From: Escherichia coli
GTDB taxonomy: Bacteria > Pseudomonadota > Gammaproteobacteria > Enterobacterales > Enterobacteriaceae
Reading direction: 5' to 3' (one strand)
Length of the DNA: 64,000 bases
Assembly (NCBI RefSeq): GCF_965641715.1
Contig: NZ_OZ282453.1
Part shown: one piece after another, positions 17,465-26,877 of the stretch
Layout: the number at the start of each line of letters is the position of its first letter
Numbering within the stretch: the stretch's first letter is position 1
The notes under the pieces: generated by a model
Told to the model about the DNA's origin: nothing
Seen by the model: the letters and a program-made list of their open reading frames with translations, nothing else
The model's database searches: none
Translations under genes and position numbers: made by a program

Positions 17465-19588
17465 TTAATCTTCTGCCTCAGGCTGGAACATCAGCACGTA
17501 AAAAACATGCTGCTTCCCCCCAATTTTGCCGAGCGCCTTTTTCTTGTAACGGCGATCGTTACCCGCTTCCAGCATTCCGGCAGCACTCAACGCGCGGGCA
17601 AAGTGAGACGGATTAAATCCCTGTGCTATCTCACCCTCAAATACATGCGGGAACGTGTAAAAACGGAACTCGTCATCTTCGTTTCTGATACTCCCCTTTC
17701 TGTATCCGGCAAGTTCTTTAATCGATAAATCACGCTCGTCGGTATTGGGCCACGGAAGGTATCTGCTGAATCCGAACGACGCTAAAAAAGCTTCTGCCTG
17801 TTCAACCATCTGTTTAAATTCCCTGTTACCCGTGCCGAACTCCTTCACCCAGGCATTAAAATTATGCTGTATGGCATCGCGGCATTCCTGCTCATCCCAG
17901 CCAGTAACATGACCTGAAAGCACAAGCGCGGCCTCCAGTATGGCAAATCGCTCCCCCACACGGTGAACCTGTTCGCCGTAGCTCTCCGGTATCAGGTTGC
18001 GCCACCGCTCACGGCATGTCCTTACCGTGTCCTTTGCCTCCTGCTGGTGTTCTGCCAGCCATTTAACCCACTCACGACCCGCCGCCCCGTGATTTTCTGT
18101 CCAGGCATCCTTTAACGCGTCTGCGTGCGCCTTTCCGGTGCTGTATTCGTGAAATTGCGTGGCTTTTTCCATCGGAACGTTAAGCAGGCGGACAAGCTGC
18201 CCCGCTTTGACTTTTATCCCCTCCGTTTTGAGGAATGTCTCAACGTCCATTTCTCCGGTGCTGATTGCCACCGTGCGCCAGTGTTTGATCTCCCTGTTGC
18301 CGCCGTCCTTCGCCCCCTGTAATTTCCCCGAACCGTTAAACAGCGTATAGGCTGACGTGGACACCTCCCGCGCGTTTCCGGCCTGGCCTATTTCATCCAG
18401 GGGTAAAAGCCCGTCATTGTGTGCCTCTGCTTCGTTGGCGATACCTAACGCTGTGCCGTACCAGGTCAGCCGCTGCGCGTCCGGCTCTCCCCATAAACTT
18501 GATGCGATGTTCTGTGTGGTGGTTTTCCCTGCCGATGACTGTTCGAAAAGATGTACCCCGAAGCCGTCAGCGCCCACCAGCCCGATTAATGGTGCGGATA
18601 ACGATACCGCCACACCCAGCATCATGGACGGATTACCACCAGCCAGCCGCGCAACGGTATCGCGCCAGCCCTCCGCCGTTCCTGCCACGGAATAGCCATT
18701 AACAGCAGCCGTTTTTCCGGTAAACAGGACTGGCTTTTCGCAATCACCAATGACCGAACCGTCCGGCATGATGTACGCGCCAAAATGCCAGCCCGTTGTT
18801 GTGCTTAACTGCCATTCCTCATGGCTTCCGCTTAACTGCATCCAGTCAGCCAGGATAGCCCTGTATTTACCGTTGGTTGTTACGTTCAGTCCGTGGTCTT
18901 TCAGCAACCGCCAGCCGTCACGGTCGCCAATGCCACCGCACGGAACCGCCATTGTGATGACTTCATGGTTTGCTAATTTTTTCCAGCGCATCACGCGGTA
19001 ATGCTCTTTACCGATTGTCCCCGTTCCCAGTAGTTCAAGCGGGGAACATAACCACGTCTCAGGCCGGATAATTTCGCCTGACTGCTTATCCACTTTTGGC
19101 GTTACCCAGAAAACACCATCGGCGCGACTTTCAACGCGGGGCTTTAATTCATCATCGCCCTGGATTTCTGTGATTTTTTTCTTTAAGGGCAACACCAGAC
19201 TTTCCCCGCGCTCGTATTCGTCTTTGAGGCGAGGCAACTGGTCGGATAAATCCGCCGGGCTGATGTCAGTTATCCCCGCGTATTCGTATACGGTCTTCAC
19301 GCCAGCCACAGCCAGCAACGTGACGATCTGTGTAAGGCTACGTTCAGTGATGTGCCCTGCGCGGTAAACACGCACACACTGACGGCTATCATCAATAATT
19401 TGATAACCGGTAATATCTTTCAGGTGTTCATCTGACAGAACGACAGGCGGCACATTGTCGGCGGCAATATGCTTACCTGCCCATTCCTGCCACTCTTTCG
19501 CATGGCTCCACGCATCACTACCCGCAAAGATGATAACCTCCGTCATTTTGTCGGCTGGCTGGTGCTTTAAGTTTGGTGCGCGCTTCAT
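17465..19588 (-). CDS. Primase/helicase-type replication protein
   Basis: 707 aa with Walker A (SSAGKTT), P4-alpha/PICI pri-rep-like position next to iterons. Confidence 0.65.
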   Translation of the reverse strand: MKRAPNLKHQPADKMTEVIIFAGSDAWSHAKEWQEWAGKHIAADNVPPVVLSDEHLKDITGYQIIDDSRQCVRVYRAGHITERSLTQIVTLLAVAGVKTVYEYAGITDISPADLSDQLPRLKDEYERGESLVLPLKKKITEIQGDDELKPRVESRADGVFWVTPKVDKQSGEIIRPETWLCSPLELLGTGTIGKEHYRVMRWKKLANHEVITMAVPCGGIGDRDGWRLLKDHGLNVTTNGKYRAILADWMQLSGSHEEWQLSTTTGWHFGAYIMPDGSVIGDCEKPVLFTGKTAAVNGYSVAGTAEGWRDTVARLAGGNPSMMLGVAVSLSAPLIGLVGADGFGVHLFEQSSAGKTTTQNIASSLWGEPDAQRLTWYGTALGIANEAEAHNDGLLPLDEIGQAGNAREVSTSAYTLFNGSGKLQGAKDGGNREIKHWRTVAISTGEMDVETFLKTEGIKVKAGQLVRLLNVPMEKATQFHEYSTGKAHADALKDAWTENHGAAGREWVKWLAEHQQEAKDTVRTCRERWRNLIPESYGEQVHRVGERFAILEAALVLSGHVTGWDEQECRDAIQHNFNAWVKEFGTGNREFKQMVEQAEAFLASFGFSRYLPWPNTDERDLSIKELAGYRKGSIRNEDDEFRFYTFPHVFEGEIAQGFNPSHFARALSAAGMLEAGNDRRYKKKALGKIGGKQHVFYVLMFQPEAED

Positions 19589-19899
19589 TTTGCCTTTCCC
19601 CGTTCACGAATAATTTCACGTACTGCCTTAATGCGTTCCATTCCTGTAACGCGCATGATTCTGTCGATGTCGCTTAATTCTGCTGGTGGTGCTTTACTTA
19701 CCAAGGTGAACTCCCTGTCAAAGCGCATATGTGACGACACGCAGGGATGCGCATAACCTTCGCGGATATAGGTCACACGAAAATCATCGACGGTTTTGAT
19801 CGTTATCGTGCTGCCGTATTTATCCTGGAAAATATCGCCGGGGCGGATTTCAGGCCGAGCGGGGCCGCTGGCAGTAAAGCCAGAATTTTTCTTTTTCAT
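19585..19899 (-). CDS. Hypothetical protein
   Basis: 104 aa, 4-nt overlap with primase gene. Confidence 0.4.
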   Translation of the reverse strand: MKKKNSGFTASGPARPEIRPGDIFQDKYGSTITIKTVDDFRVTYIREGYAHPCVSSHMRFDREFTLVSKAPPAELSDIDRIMRVTGMERIKAVREIIRERGKAK

Positions 19900-19904
19900 G
19901 TTTT

Positions 19905-20153
19905 TTACTCCAGAGGCAGCTTTTTAGCGGCGAGCTCAATATCAGATGTCAGAGAAACCTGTGTATTTGCCAGGTCTAACAACAAAGAAATAAGAATTTC
20001 TTCTCTGCTATCGGATTTATCGGTGCTAAGGCTGTTCATCCACATATTGACGACTTCCCTGATTTTTTTCGCAGAGTGCAGGGCTTCAAATGCCAGGTCT
20101 TCAATATCATGTTTATTTCGCATAATCGCCCCCGCCATTTTCACAATCAGCAA
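19905..20153 (-). CDS. Hypothetical protein
   Basis: 82 aa ORF in early leftward operon. Confidence 0.3.
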   Translation of the reverse strand: MLIVKMAGAIMRNKHDIEDLAFEALHSAKKIREVVNMWMNSLSTDKSDSREEILISLLLDLANTQVSLTSDIELAAKKLPLE

Positions 20154-20358
20154 TCAGGATGGCTTTTGCCTCATTCAGCGCCATATCAGCACTAAATTGC
20201 ATAACAGCCAGTGAGTGAGGAACGAAAGCCCCGGCATATTCTGTTTCGCTGGTGGCGTGCTTATGCGCCTTGTCTGCGATAACAGAAATATCAATCAGCG
20301 CGTGCATCAGCGTTTTGATGGCTTCGGCGGCTGCGTCCGGACGGGTGTTATTGCACAT
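20113..20358 (-). CDS. Hypothetical protein
   Basis: 81 aa ORF, first gene of leftward operon. Confidence 0.3.
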   Translation of the reverse strand: MCNNTRPDAAAEAIKTLMHALIDISVIADKAHKHATSETEYAGAFVPHSLAVMQFSADMALNEAKAILIADCENGGGDYAK

Positions 20359-20651
20359 GGCGCACCTCCTGACGAATACGGGCAGCGAATACCATCACGC
20401 AGCCAGCCGGGGATTGCTGGCGTGCTTCCTGTTCGCTAGTGGCCTCAATGGTAATCACACGCGGTTGTGCCGTGCTCAGGGCGATAAAACGCCAGATGTA
20501 TTTATTCAGGTTGTGCGAGTCCCGCCCTTGCGGGTGTGTGGTATGATTTAACATAGCTACCTCGATAATCTTGCTATCGTTGGTGGTTAGAAGCCCGGTT
20601 AGTGTTAGCGCACTGCCGGGTTTCGTCGTTTGTATTTCAATAAAACCATTG

Positions 20652-20729
20652 GTGTGTTTCATGTTATTTTGGAGTGAAACACACGTCAAGCCTTTTTTGT
20701 ATTTCTTTTTTGTGTATACTGAAACACAC
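20652..20729. promoter_or_regulatory. Divergent promoter/operator region with three TGAAACACAC half-sites
   Basis: Perfect 10-bp inverted repeat GTGTGTTTCA..TGAAACACAC plus third copy overlapping a TATACT -10. Confidence 0.45.
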
Positions 20730-20750
20730 CAAATTTGAGGAGTTTCAGTT

Positions 20751-21056
20751 ATGGCGACTACCAACAAAAACGCTAAATCACAATTGACCACCGTCAGAGT
20801 CCCCCACGATGTTATGGAGGGCATGGAATCCGTAAAACTGGACGGCGAAAGCAACGCCGGATTCATAGTAACCGCCATGCGCGGTGAGATCGCCCGCCGC
20901 CAGGCAGAAGGAAGCGGAGAAAATCCCCTGGTTTCTTCGCTCGATGCACTGGCGCAGGTGGAAAAAATTGGAGTCAAGGCTGCCGAGGAGATCGGGCAAC
21001 TCGTCACCGTCGCGCGTGAAGAACTCCAGCGACGCAAGGTCAAAGAGCAGGAATAG
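20751..21056 (+). CDS. Ribbon-helix-helix-like regulator (tentative)
   Basis: GAGGAG RBS; N-terminal TTVRVPHDVMEGMESV..AGFIVTAMRGEI pattern. Confidence 0.45.
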   Translation: MATTNKNAKSQLTTVRVPHDVMEGMESVKLDGESNAGFIVTAMRGEIARRQAEGSGENPLVSSLDALAQVEKIGVKAAEEIGQLVTVAREELQRRKVKEQE

Positions 21057-21113
21057 CCACTATCAGCGCCATAGTTTGAGGAACGCAGGCGCATTGCTTT
21101 ACAGGACAGCACC

Positions 21114-21293
21114 ATGAGCGACACAGAATCAACCAAAACACCATCACCAACTCGTAAGAGACGACGCAAAAATATAGCGCATGAACATGAATCAGAAAGA
21201 TTCGCACCTTGTTCGTTTGCTCTTGAGAAATTCCTTAAAGAGCACAGGAAAAAGCTCTCGTTGCAAACCTTGGAACGAACCAAATCTGACTGA
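21114..21293 (+). CDS. Small basic protein (59 aa)
   Basis: ORF below track cutoff, followed by two intrinsic terminators. Confidence 0.25.
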   Translation: MSDTESTKTPSPTRKRRRKNIAHEHESERFAPCSFALEKFLKEHRKKLSLQTLERTKSD

Positions 21294-21359
21294 TCACATT
21301 GCCCACCAGCCGCAAATGTGGCATTGTTGGTGATGCTTTTGTTTTCCCTTGTTCCCACT

Positions 21360-21388
21360 GGCGACCCTTTTGCGGTCGCCTTTGTTTT
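21360..21388 (+). terminator. Intrinsic terminator
   Basis: ggcgaccc tttt gcggtcgcc followed by T-rich run. Confidence 0.45.
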
Positions 21389-21483
21389 GCCTGTTATCCG
21401 GCAATAGTGGCGCTTCGTCACCTGTCTGATATAATTCCACAGCTTATATTCATTTTTTGCGCAGTAGGTTAATTGTTCGCAAG

Positions 21484-21515
21484 GGCGCTCCGGCAACGGG
21501 GCGCTTTTTGTTTTT
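21484..21515 (+). terminator. Intrinsic terminator with GCAA tetraloop
   Basis: gcgctccg GCAA cggggcgc then tttttgttttt. Confidence 0.4.
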
Positions 21516-21673
21516 ACCCACCAGCACAATAAAAATCTTCATTTTCCATTTTTGTAAAATTTCATGCTTTCCGGACGACTGGTCATATGTCATTTTTTAG
21601 CAGAAGATTTTGCCTTGCTGGTGGGTAGCTTCCCGGTCAACACGATGTACCGTATAATCAACACCGCGTGTGG

Positions 21674-22252
21674 TTACTGAATACGCTCACCAAAGTAAAA
21701 CTCAGGCTGGTATTCACGTATCAGCCTTTTTTCTTCTTCCTCCAGCTCACGCTTTTTGCGCTTACATGCCTGTAGCTCCCTCCCCTTCTCACTGGCACTT
21801 ATCTGGTATTGCTCTTTGCGGCGGGAAAAATCCTGTAATGCGCCCCACGGGATACCATAAGCCCCCGTTTTTCTGATACCCGGTATCACATTTCTGAATA
21901 CCCAGTTACTGAAACGATGAGCAAATGTGCCAGGCGTCGTTGCTTTGCGGCTGCGGGCTATTAGTTTGTAGAAACCTGACTCGGAGATAATGCTCATATT
22001 CTGATTTCCTCCGGGGGTGTAAGTTAAATTTACTCCCTTTTCGTCATCATCAAGCATCTGCAACGCCGTACGCGAATTGGTCAATTCCAGCGCAGCACAA
22101 ACATCCTTTGCAACAAACCACGGATCGCCGTTTAGATACACCACACGAACATCCACGCCATCAAAGCGCAGAACGACCAGATCACGAATATCACAGAATT
22201 TTTTCACATGACGTGCGTCACCCTTGCCCGTCACGGCAATATTTTTATTCAT
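21674..22252 (-). CDS. Bro-N domain protein (antirepressor-like)
   Basis: ..FDGVDVRVVYLNGDPWFVAKDVCAALE.. matches Bro-N consensus. Confidence 0.7.
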   Translation of the reverse strand: MNKNIAVTGKGDARHVKKFCDIRDLVVLRFDGVDVRVVYLNGDPWFVAKDVCAALELTNSRTALQMLDDDEKGVNLTYTPGGNQNMSIISESGFYKLIARSRKATTPGTFAHRFSNWVFRNVIPGIRKTGAYGIPWGALQDFSRRKEQYQISASEKGRELQACKRKKRELEEEEKRLIREYQPEFYFGERIQ

Positions 22253-22309
22253 TGCTTTTTACCTCACATACAAAAAACCCCGCATTGCGTGGTGCGGGGT
22301 TGTCGGTAA

Positions 22310-22588
22310 TTACTTATTGGCGTTTTTGTATGGGCTGTTTACTTCCTTTACTCCTGGCGGATGCATAACCCACCAGAGCACATCAGAGAGCAACCAGGAA
22401 ACAGACACTTTCCCTAAATGAGCACGAGCAGGAAATGCTCCCTCCTGTTCAAGTACCCAACGTCTGCTTCTTGAAAGCCCGGTACGATTGGCACACTCAT
22501 GTTCGCGTATACGGCGATCATACGGTTCGCCATGATCTTTCAGAATCTGAATGCGTTCTTCGGGTGTAGGATAAATAAATTTTTGCAT
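22310..22588 (-). CDS. AlpA-family regulator / excisionase-like
   Basis: HECANRTGLSRSRRWVLEQEGAFP..VSWLLSDVLWWV; internal ATG, ORF track start 22618 is TTG. Confidence 0.6.
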   Translation of the reverse strand: MQKFIYPTPEERIQILKDHGEPYDRRIREHECANRTGLSRSRRWVLEQEGAFPARAHLGKVSVSWLLSDVLWWVMHPPGVKEVNSPYKNANK

Positions 22589-22651
22589 AAAAATATCACC
22601 TATAAAAAAACCCGCCAAAAGACGGGTTGATTATATCTCATTTAATTTAGC

Positions 22652-22873
22652 TCAGGGTTTCCATTCACCTTTTACCCATTCCAGCACCTCAGATAAGCGC
22701 CAGACTTTTGTTTGTGGGCCAATACATATTTTTCGTGGAAATTTTCCTTCCTTTTCAAGTAACGATCTGTGTCTCCTGCCAAGAGCGGTTAACCATGCAC
22801 ATTCATCCTCCTTAATCATCCTGTCGATTGTTTCATCATTTTCAAGTTCTTCACGCGTAACTATTTGAATCAT
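22652..22873 (-). CDS. AlpA-family regulator / excisionase-like
   Basis: DECAWLTALGRRHRSLLEKEGKFP..VWRLSEVLEWV; start uncertain (22885, 22873 or 22819). Confidence 0.6.
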   Translation of the reverse strand: MIQIVTREELENDETIDRMIKEDECAWLTALGRRHRSLLEKEGKFPRKICIGPQTKVWRLSEVLEWVKGEWKP

Positions 22874-24074
22874 TACTGTCACCACTAATTTGCTTATTCA
22901 GATAGTCGTACCACCAGTTCATAGCTTCTTTTTTTCTGTCCATATACTGGCTTCTGTTATAAACCCCGGCAACACCGCCTAATGTGTGCCCAAGCAACTG
23001 TTCAACCACATTATGTTCAAAACCATGATCACTTAGTTTTGTGGCAAACACTCTTCGCATATCATGCGCCGTCCATTTCTCCGAGTGTTTCATCCTTTTC
23101 CATGTCTTACCGATAGTTACGCTTGCCGTACACTGACGCATATCAAACCCAATCACATTTTCTTTGTTACCTGTTATTTTTTTTAACGTAACTAACCAGT
23201 TAAACATGCCATCAGGAATCGGTCTGATTATTTCCCTGCCATTTTTGCTATGATCAGCGGGAACGCGCCATAATTTCTTATCAAAATCCCACTCTACCCA
23301 GGACGACAGTAATACTTCTGACAGTCGACAACCAAAAACTACCAGGAAACGTAAAATAATTCGGTTTTCATATGATAATTCGTGATTGTCATAATCAGTA
23401 TTAATACTTCGCCATAAATCTCTGATTTCATCATCTGTTAAAACCCTGCTTCTTCGCGCAGACTTTTTTCCCACATCACAGACCTCAAGATCATCAATTT
23501 CATGACTAATCGCGTATTTTCTTACCCTACAAAATTTAAGCGCCTGTTTTGATATACGCAACAAAGCTCCGGCCTGTACAGGTGCTACTTTTTTTATTTT
23601 GTCAAAACACTTAATCCACATAGATATAGAGCAATCACTAAGTGGTACATGACCAATCACCGGATAAATATGTTTACCAAAGCACTGCCTGATATGTTCT
23701 GCTCCCCTACGCTTATCCATTGCATAATTATCAAGCCAGTATTCAAGTGCCTCACGAACGGTAACAGGTTGCAAGGTGGCTTCCCGTTCAATTTTTATCT
23801 GAATCCGTGGATCTCTGCCCTCCGCAAGCCAGGTTCGACACTGATCGCGCATCTCTCTCGCTGATTTGAGACTCAGATCAGGATATTTTCCAAGTGTCAG
23901 CCAGATGGGCGCGGTTCCCCTTCCCGCCAGTCTGTAAAAGAAAACAAAACTAACACATCCGTATTTACTGACCCGTACCGAAAGCCCGTTACCATCAGCG
24001 ATGGTTTCCTGCCTCTCACTCCTGCGCCCAAGCAGGGAACGAAGTTTTTTATCGCTCAGTTTGTTTAGCGCCAT
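22851..24074 (-). CDS. Tyrosine integrase, P4 type (satellite)
   Basis: MALNKLSDKKLRSL.. N-terminus, C-terminal HxxR..Y catalytic region; ORF track start 24110. Confidence 0.85.
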   Translation of the reverse strand: MALNKLSDKKLRSLLGRRSERQETIADGNGLSVRVSKYGCVSFVFFYRLAGRGTAPIWLTLGKYPDLSLKSAREMRDQCRTWLAEGRDPRIQIKIEREATLQPVTVREALEYWLDNYAMDKRRGAEHIRQCFGKHIYPVIGHVPLSDCSISMWIKCFDKIKKVAPVQAGALLRISKQALKFCRVRKYAISHEIDDLEVCDVGKKSARRSRVLTDDEIRDLWRSINTDYDNHELSYENRIILRFLVVFGCRLSEVLLSSWVEWDFDKKLWRVPADHSKNGREIIRPIPDGMFNWLVTLKKITGNKENVIGFDMRQCTASVTIGKTWKRMKHSEKWTAHDMRRVFATKLSDHGFEHNVVEQLLGHTLGGVAGVYNRSQYMDRKKEAMNWWYDYLNKQISGDSNDSNSYA

Positions 24075-24094
24075 GTGATTTATAACCCGTTTTT

Positions 24095-24115
24095 GCAATA
24101 CACAGTGCAATACAC
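24095..24115. repeat. Tandem GCAATACAC motifs, candidate integrase arm-type sites (right arm)
   Basis: gcaatacacagtgcaatacac just upstream of int; copy at 9271..9291. Confidence 0.4.
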
Positions 24116-24245
24116 AAATGATGAAAACAGCCAGAACCTTCCAGAAAAAACAAAAACGACGAACAAGAAAAAATCTTTTTCTTTCATTTGGTTACTAAAA
24201 AAATCAGGACAGGTCGCACTGTTGTTACGGCGTGATGTTACTTTC

Positions 24246-24259
24246 TTTGTGAAAAAATT
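24246..24259. repeat. Satellite junction core, right copy (tttgtgaaaaaatt)
   Basis: First 7 bp identical to 9189..9195; encodes ..FTK of the terL N-terminal fragment. Confidence 0.55.
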
Positions 24260-25273
24260 CACCCGCGCCGAGACCTGCTCCTTCGCCTTTTTCGCCAGAC
24301 GACGCAGATCATCCCAGCGTTTACAGATGCCCAGGCCGGGATTCGCTTTCTGCCAGACCGTTTCATCAAACGGATCATCTCCCTCATCGAGCGTGTAAAT
24401 GATCGCAAAGTAAGAGTCGTCTTTTACCGCGCCCTCCACGTCACTGTTATAGCCACGCAATACCTTAATGGCGTAATCACGCTGCTCGTAACAAATCCCT
24501 TCCTTGTTAAACCCTGCCGTGGTGATACCAAATAAAAGGGACTGCAGACGGGCACCGGTTGCCGTTTCCAGAACGTCCCACACGTCACGGGTTTTATGTG
24601 CATGCAGCTCATCAATAATGGCGCAGTGGATGTTCAGACCGTCCAGGTTGTTTGCATCCGAGGAAAGCGGTTCAAATTTTGATGCGCTCTGCTCCTGGTA
24701 GATCGCCAGCTTGTTGAAATCAAATAACCGCCCGAGTGTCGACCGGGCTTTTCTGACCATATTTTTGGCGTCTTCAAACACGATTCTGGCCTGGTCACGC
24801 GTGGTTGCGGCTGAATACACCTCAGCTCCACCTTCACCATCTGCCCCCGTCATATACAGGCCGATACCCGATGACAGAGTTGATTTTGCGTTTTTACGGG
24901 CGACTTCGTTGTACGCCGTCCGGAACCGGCGCACCATCACCGGACGTCCGCTGCCATCGCTGCGCATGACAACTTCCCCGGTCTCTTCATTCACCAGCGG
25001 AATGACAAAACCAAAAATATTAATGAGGATAAATACATGCCAGTCCATCAACTCAATGGGCTGGCCTGCCAGCGCCCCTTTTACATGAGGCACAAATTTG
25101 TAGAAATTCAGGATGTGCTGCGCACGGGGTTCACTGAAATAAATCCCCCGCTCTTCGCCGTACTTCAGATCATCAAGAAAACGCTGGCAGGCCAGACGGA
25201 CAAATTCCCCAGCAACAATTTCTCCTGCAACAACACGTTCGGCGTAGCGGATCCCGTCAGCCACTTTTGCCAT
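24253..25273 (-). pseudogene. Terminase large subunit, N-terminal ATPase fragment (gene split by satellite)
   Basis: ORF 24080..25273: first ~340 aa align to TerL N-terminus (VARKNAKST, AIIDELH), then 54 unrelated residues read into the satellite. Confidence 0.8.
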
Positions 25274-25755
25274 CAGTCTCTCGCTTTTAAAAGCTCTGCC
25301 AGCGGATCAACATCATCCGGTCCGGCGATATTTACTTTCGCCCGGCTTGCCGGTGACATACCAAACTCTGCAAGCATTGCCCGGATCCGCTTCCAGGCAT
25401 CCGCTTTCATTGCCGCCGCGGGGTGCGCCTTAATCAGTACATCACCGCTCTGCGTTTCCGTGCGGTAGGTATACCCCTCAACATCGAGTGTTTCGCAGTG
25501 ATGCCGATATTCGGTGTAGGCTTCCACCAGCAACTCGAGCGCACGCGCATCAAGCTGAGAAATGATCCCTTCCGCATTCAGCTCTTCCGCCATTCGCCTG
25601 AACCAGTACTTCCCCTGAGCCCCTAAATGCTGCGGAATTTTAGGAAGACCTTTTTCATCCTTTTTAGCGGTTTTTTTGGGGTCTTTAACGGGGCGCTTTG
25701 AGGGATTGCCTCGTATCAAATGCAGGCGTGGCGGGGTTTTCGGAGGTCCTGACAT
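25273..25755 (-). CDS. Terminase small subunit (helper prophage)
   Basis: 160 aa, MSGPPKTPPRL.. start, stop overlaps terL start. Confidence 0.7.
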   Translation of the reverse strand: MSGPPKTPPRLHLIRGNPSKRPVKDPKKTAKKDEKGLPKIPQHLGAQGKYWFRRMAEELNAEGIISQLDARALELLVEAYTEYRHHCETLDVEGYTYRTETQSGDVLIKAHPAAAMKADAWKRIRAMLAEFGMSPASRAKVNIAGPDDVDPLAELLKARD

Positions 25756-25903
25756 AATCGGTTTTACCTATCAATCATTTAATCACATTCCCAAAAAAAA
25801 GTTTTCGAACCTGCGGCGATGCGAGGAAAGGTCAGGCGGCGGTACTGAGCAGCCAGGGCTGCAGAGATTTGACCCGCCCCTCCCCTACAGATGGGAACTG
25901 TTA

Positions 25904-26254
25904 TCAATTGATGCGTTCGCGTGCTGTTTTTGCTTTATGACAGGGGCAGCACAGACTCTGCAGGTTACTGTCTGCATCCGTGCCACCATGAGCTTTCGGA
26001 ATGATGTGGTCCACAGTTCTGGCTTCAACGGCTCTCCCATTGCGCATGCAGTTCTGACACAGATGATTATCACGCTTCAGTATGCGCGCACGTATGGCAT
26101 CCCATTTCGAGCCATAGCCACGCTGGTGGCGGCTCAGTCCGCGCTGATGCTGTACCCATCCTTCGCCACGATGTTTATCGCAGTAACCAGAACTGTCTGT
26201 GGTTGTACCTGCACATCCACGCTTACGGCAGGCGCGGGGGATTTGTGATGGCAT
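25904..26254 (-). CDS. HNH endonuclease (helper prophage)
   Basis: Cys-rich N-terminus and ..DHIIPKAHGGTD..CCPCH motif; ORF track start 26290. Confidence 0.75.
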   Translation of the reverse strand: MPSQIPRACRKRGCAGTTTDSSGYCDKHRGEGWVQHQRGLSRHQRGYGSKWDAIRARILKRDNHLCQNCMRNGRAVEARTVDHIIPKAHGGTDADSNLQSLCCPCHKAKTARERIN

Positions 26255-26296
26255 AGAATTTCGCTCCGCTAAAAAATATTCTGCTCTCACCGTCGG

Positions 26297-26479
26297 TCAG
26301 TTCTGCAGACACTGCCGGACACTATCAACAATTTCGCAGACCTGAGAAGCTGTATCGAAAAGCTGACGCGCCTTATCCAGGCTGACGCATCCCGCCAAGA
26401 AAAAAGGCACCAGTATCGCTACCAGTGCCCATTTCGCCGCCACTCGTGGCATTCTGTGTGTCCAGTGTTTTCTGCTCAT
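26297..26479 (-). CDS. Lipoprotein, possible outer-membrane spanin
   Basis: Signal peptide with lipobox ..FFLAGC; last gene of lysis cassette; ORF track start 26551. Confidence 0.4.
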   Translation of the reverse strand: MSRKHWTHRMPRVAAKWALVAILVPFFLAGCVSLDKARQLFDTASQVCEIVDSVRQCLQN

Positions 26480-26493
26480 AACACACCTGGTTA

Positions 26494-26877
26494 TCAGCGT
26501 TTCAACTGAAAGTGAGGCCCGTCTTTCAGTGTTTTCCAGTCCCCGCCCCATTCGATGGCAGTTCCCAGCTCTGCGGCAGCCTGCTTAAATGCCTGCGCGA
26601 TTTTCTCGTACAGAGCCCAGTCCCATGACACCTGGCTGCCAACGTAAGCCACAACATCCACCGCATCACCGGTCAGGTGACGACTGTTCATGGTCTGGCT
26701 CTTGCCTTCTGCAACCAGCTGTTTCTGGCGTTCTTTCGTGCGCAGGCCTTCCGTAATACCGAAATCAACCTCCGTCAGCTCCAGCGCACGGCGAACCACG
26801 GCAACCAGCTGTGGTTTGACGCCCTCCAGATTCTTTTCGCTGCGACGACTAAATCTGAATTTACCCGACATATTCAC
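26494..26877 (-). CDS. Endolysin, M15-type peptidase
   Basis: SRHLTGDAVDV matches SxHxxGxAxD zinc-peptidase motif; follows membrane proteins. Confidence 0.65.
   Translation of the reverse strand: MNMSGKFRFSRRSEKNLEGVKPQLVAVVRRALELTEVDFGITEGLRTKERQKQLVAEGKSQTMNSRHLTGDAVDVVAYVGSQVSWDWALYEKIAQAFKQAAAELGTAIEWGGDWKTLKDGPHFQLKR

Larger units (their letters stand above)
9189..24252. mobile_element. ~15 kb phage satellite (capsid-forming PICI-like) inserted in helper terL
   Basis: P4-type int at one end, alpA, primase with iterons, own capsid/packaging genes, no tail genes; bounded by TTTGTGA direct repeat inside split terL. Confidence 0.75.

Noticed and set aside
20348-21529. 393-aa minus-strand ORF spanning the satellite regulatory region
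   Set aside because: Low-complexity Ser/Thr/Cys-rich translation that runs antisense through the RHH-like gene, the small ORF and two terminators; no RBS or domain. Treated as a spurious long ORF.
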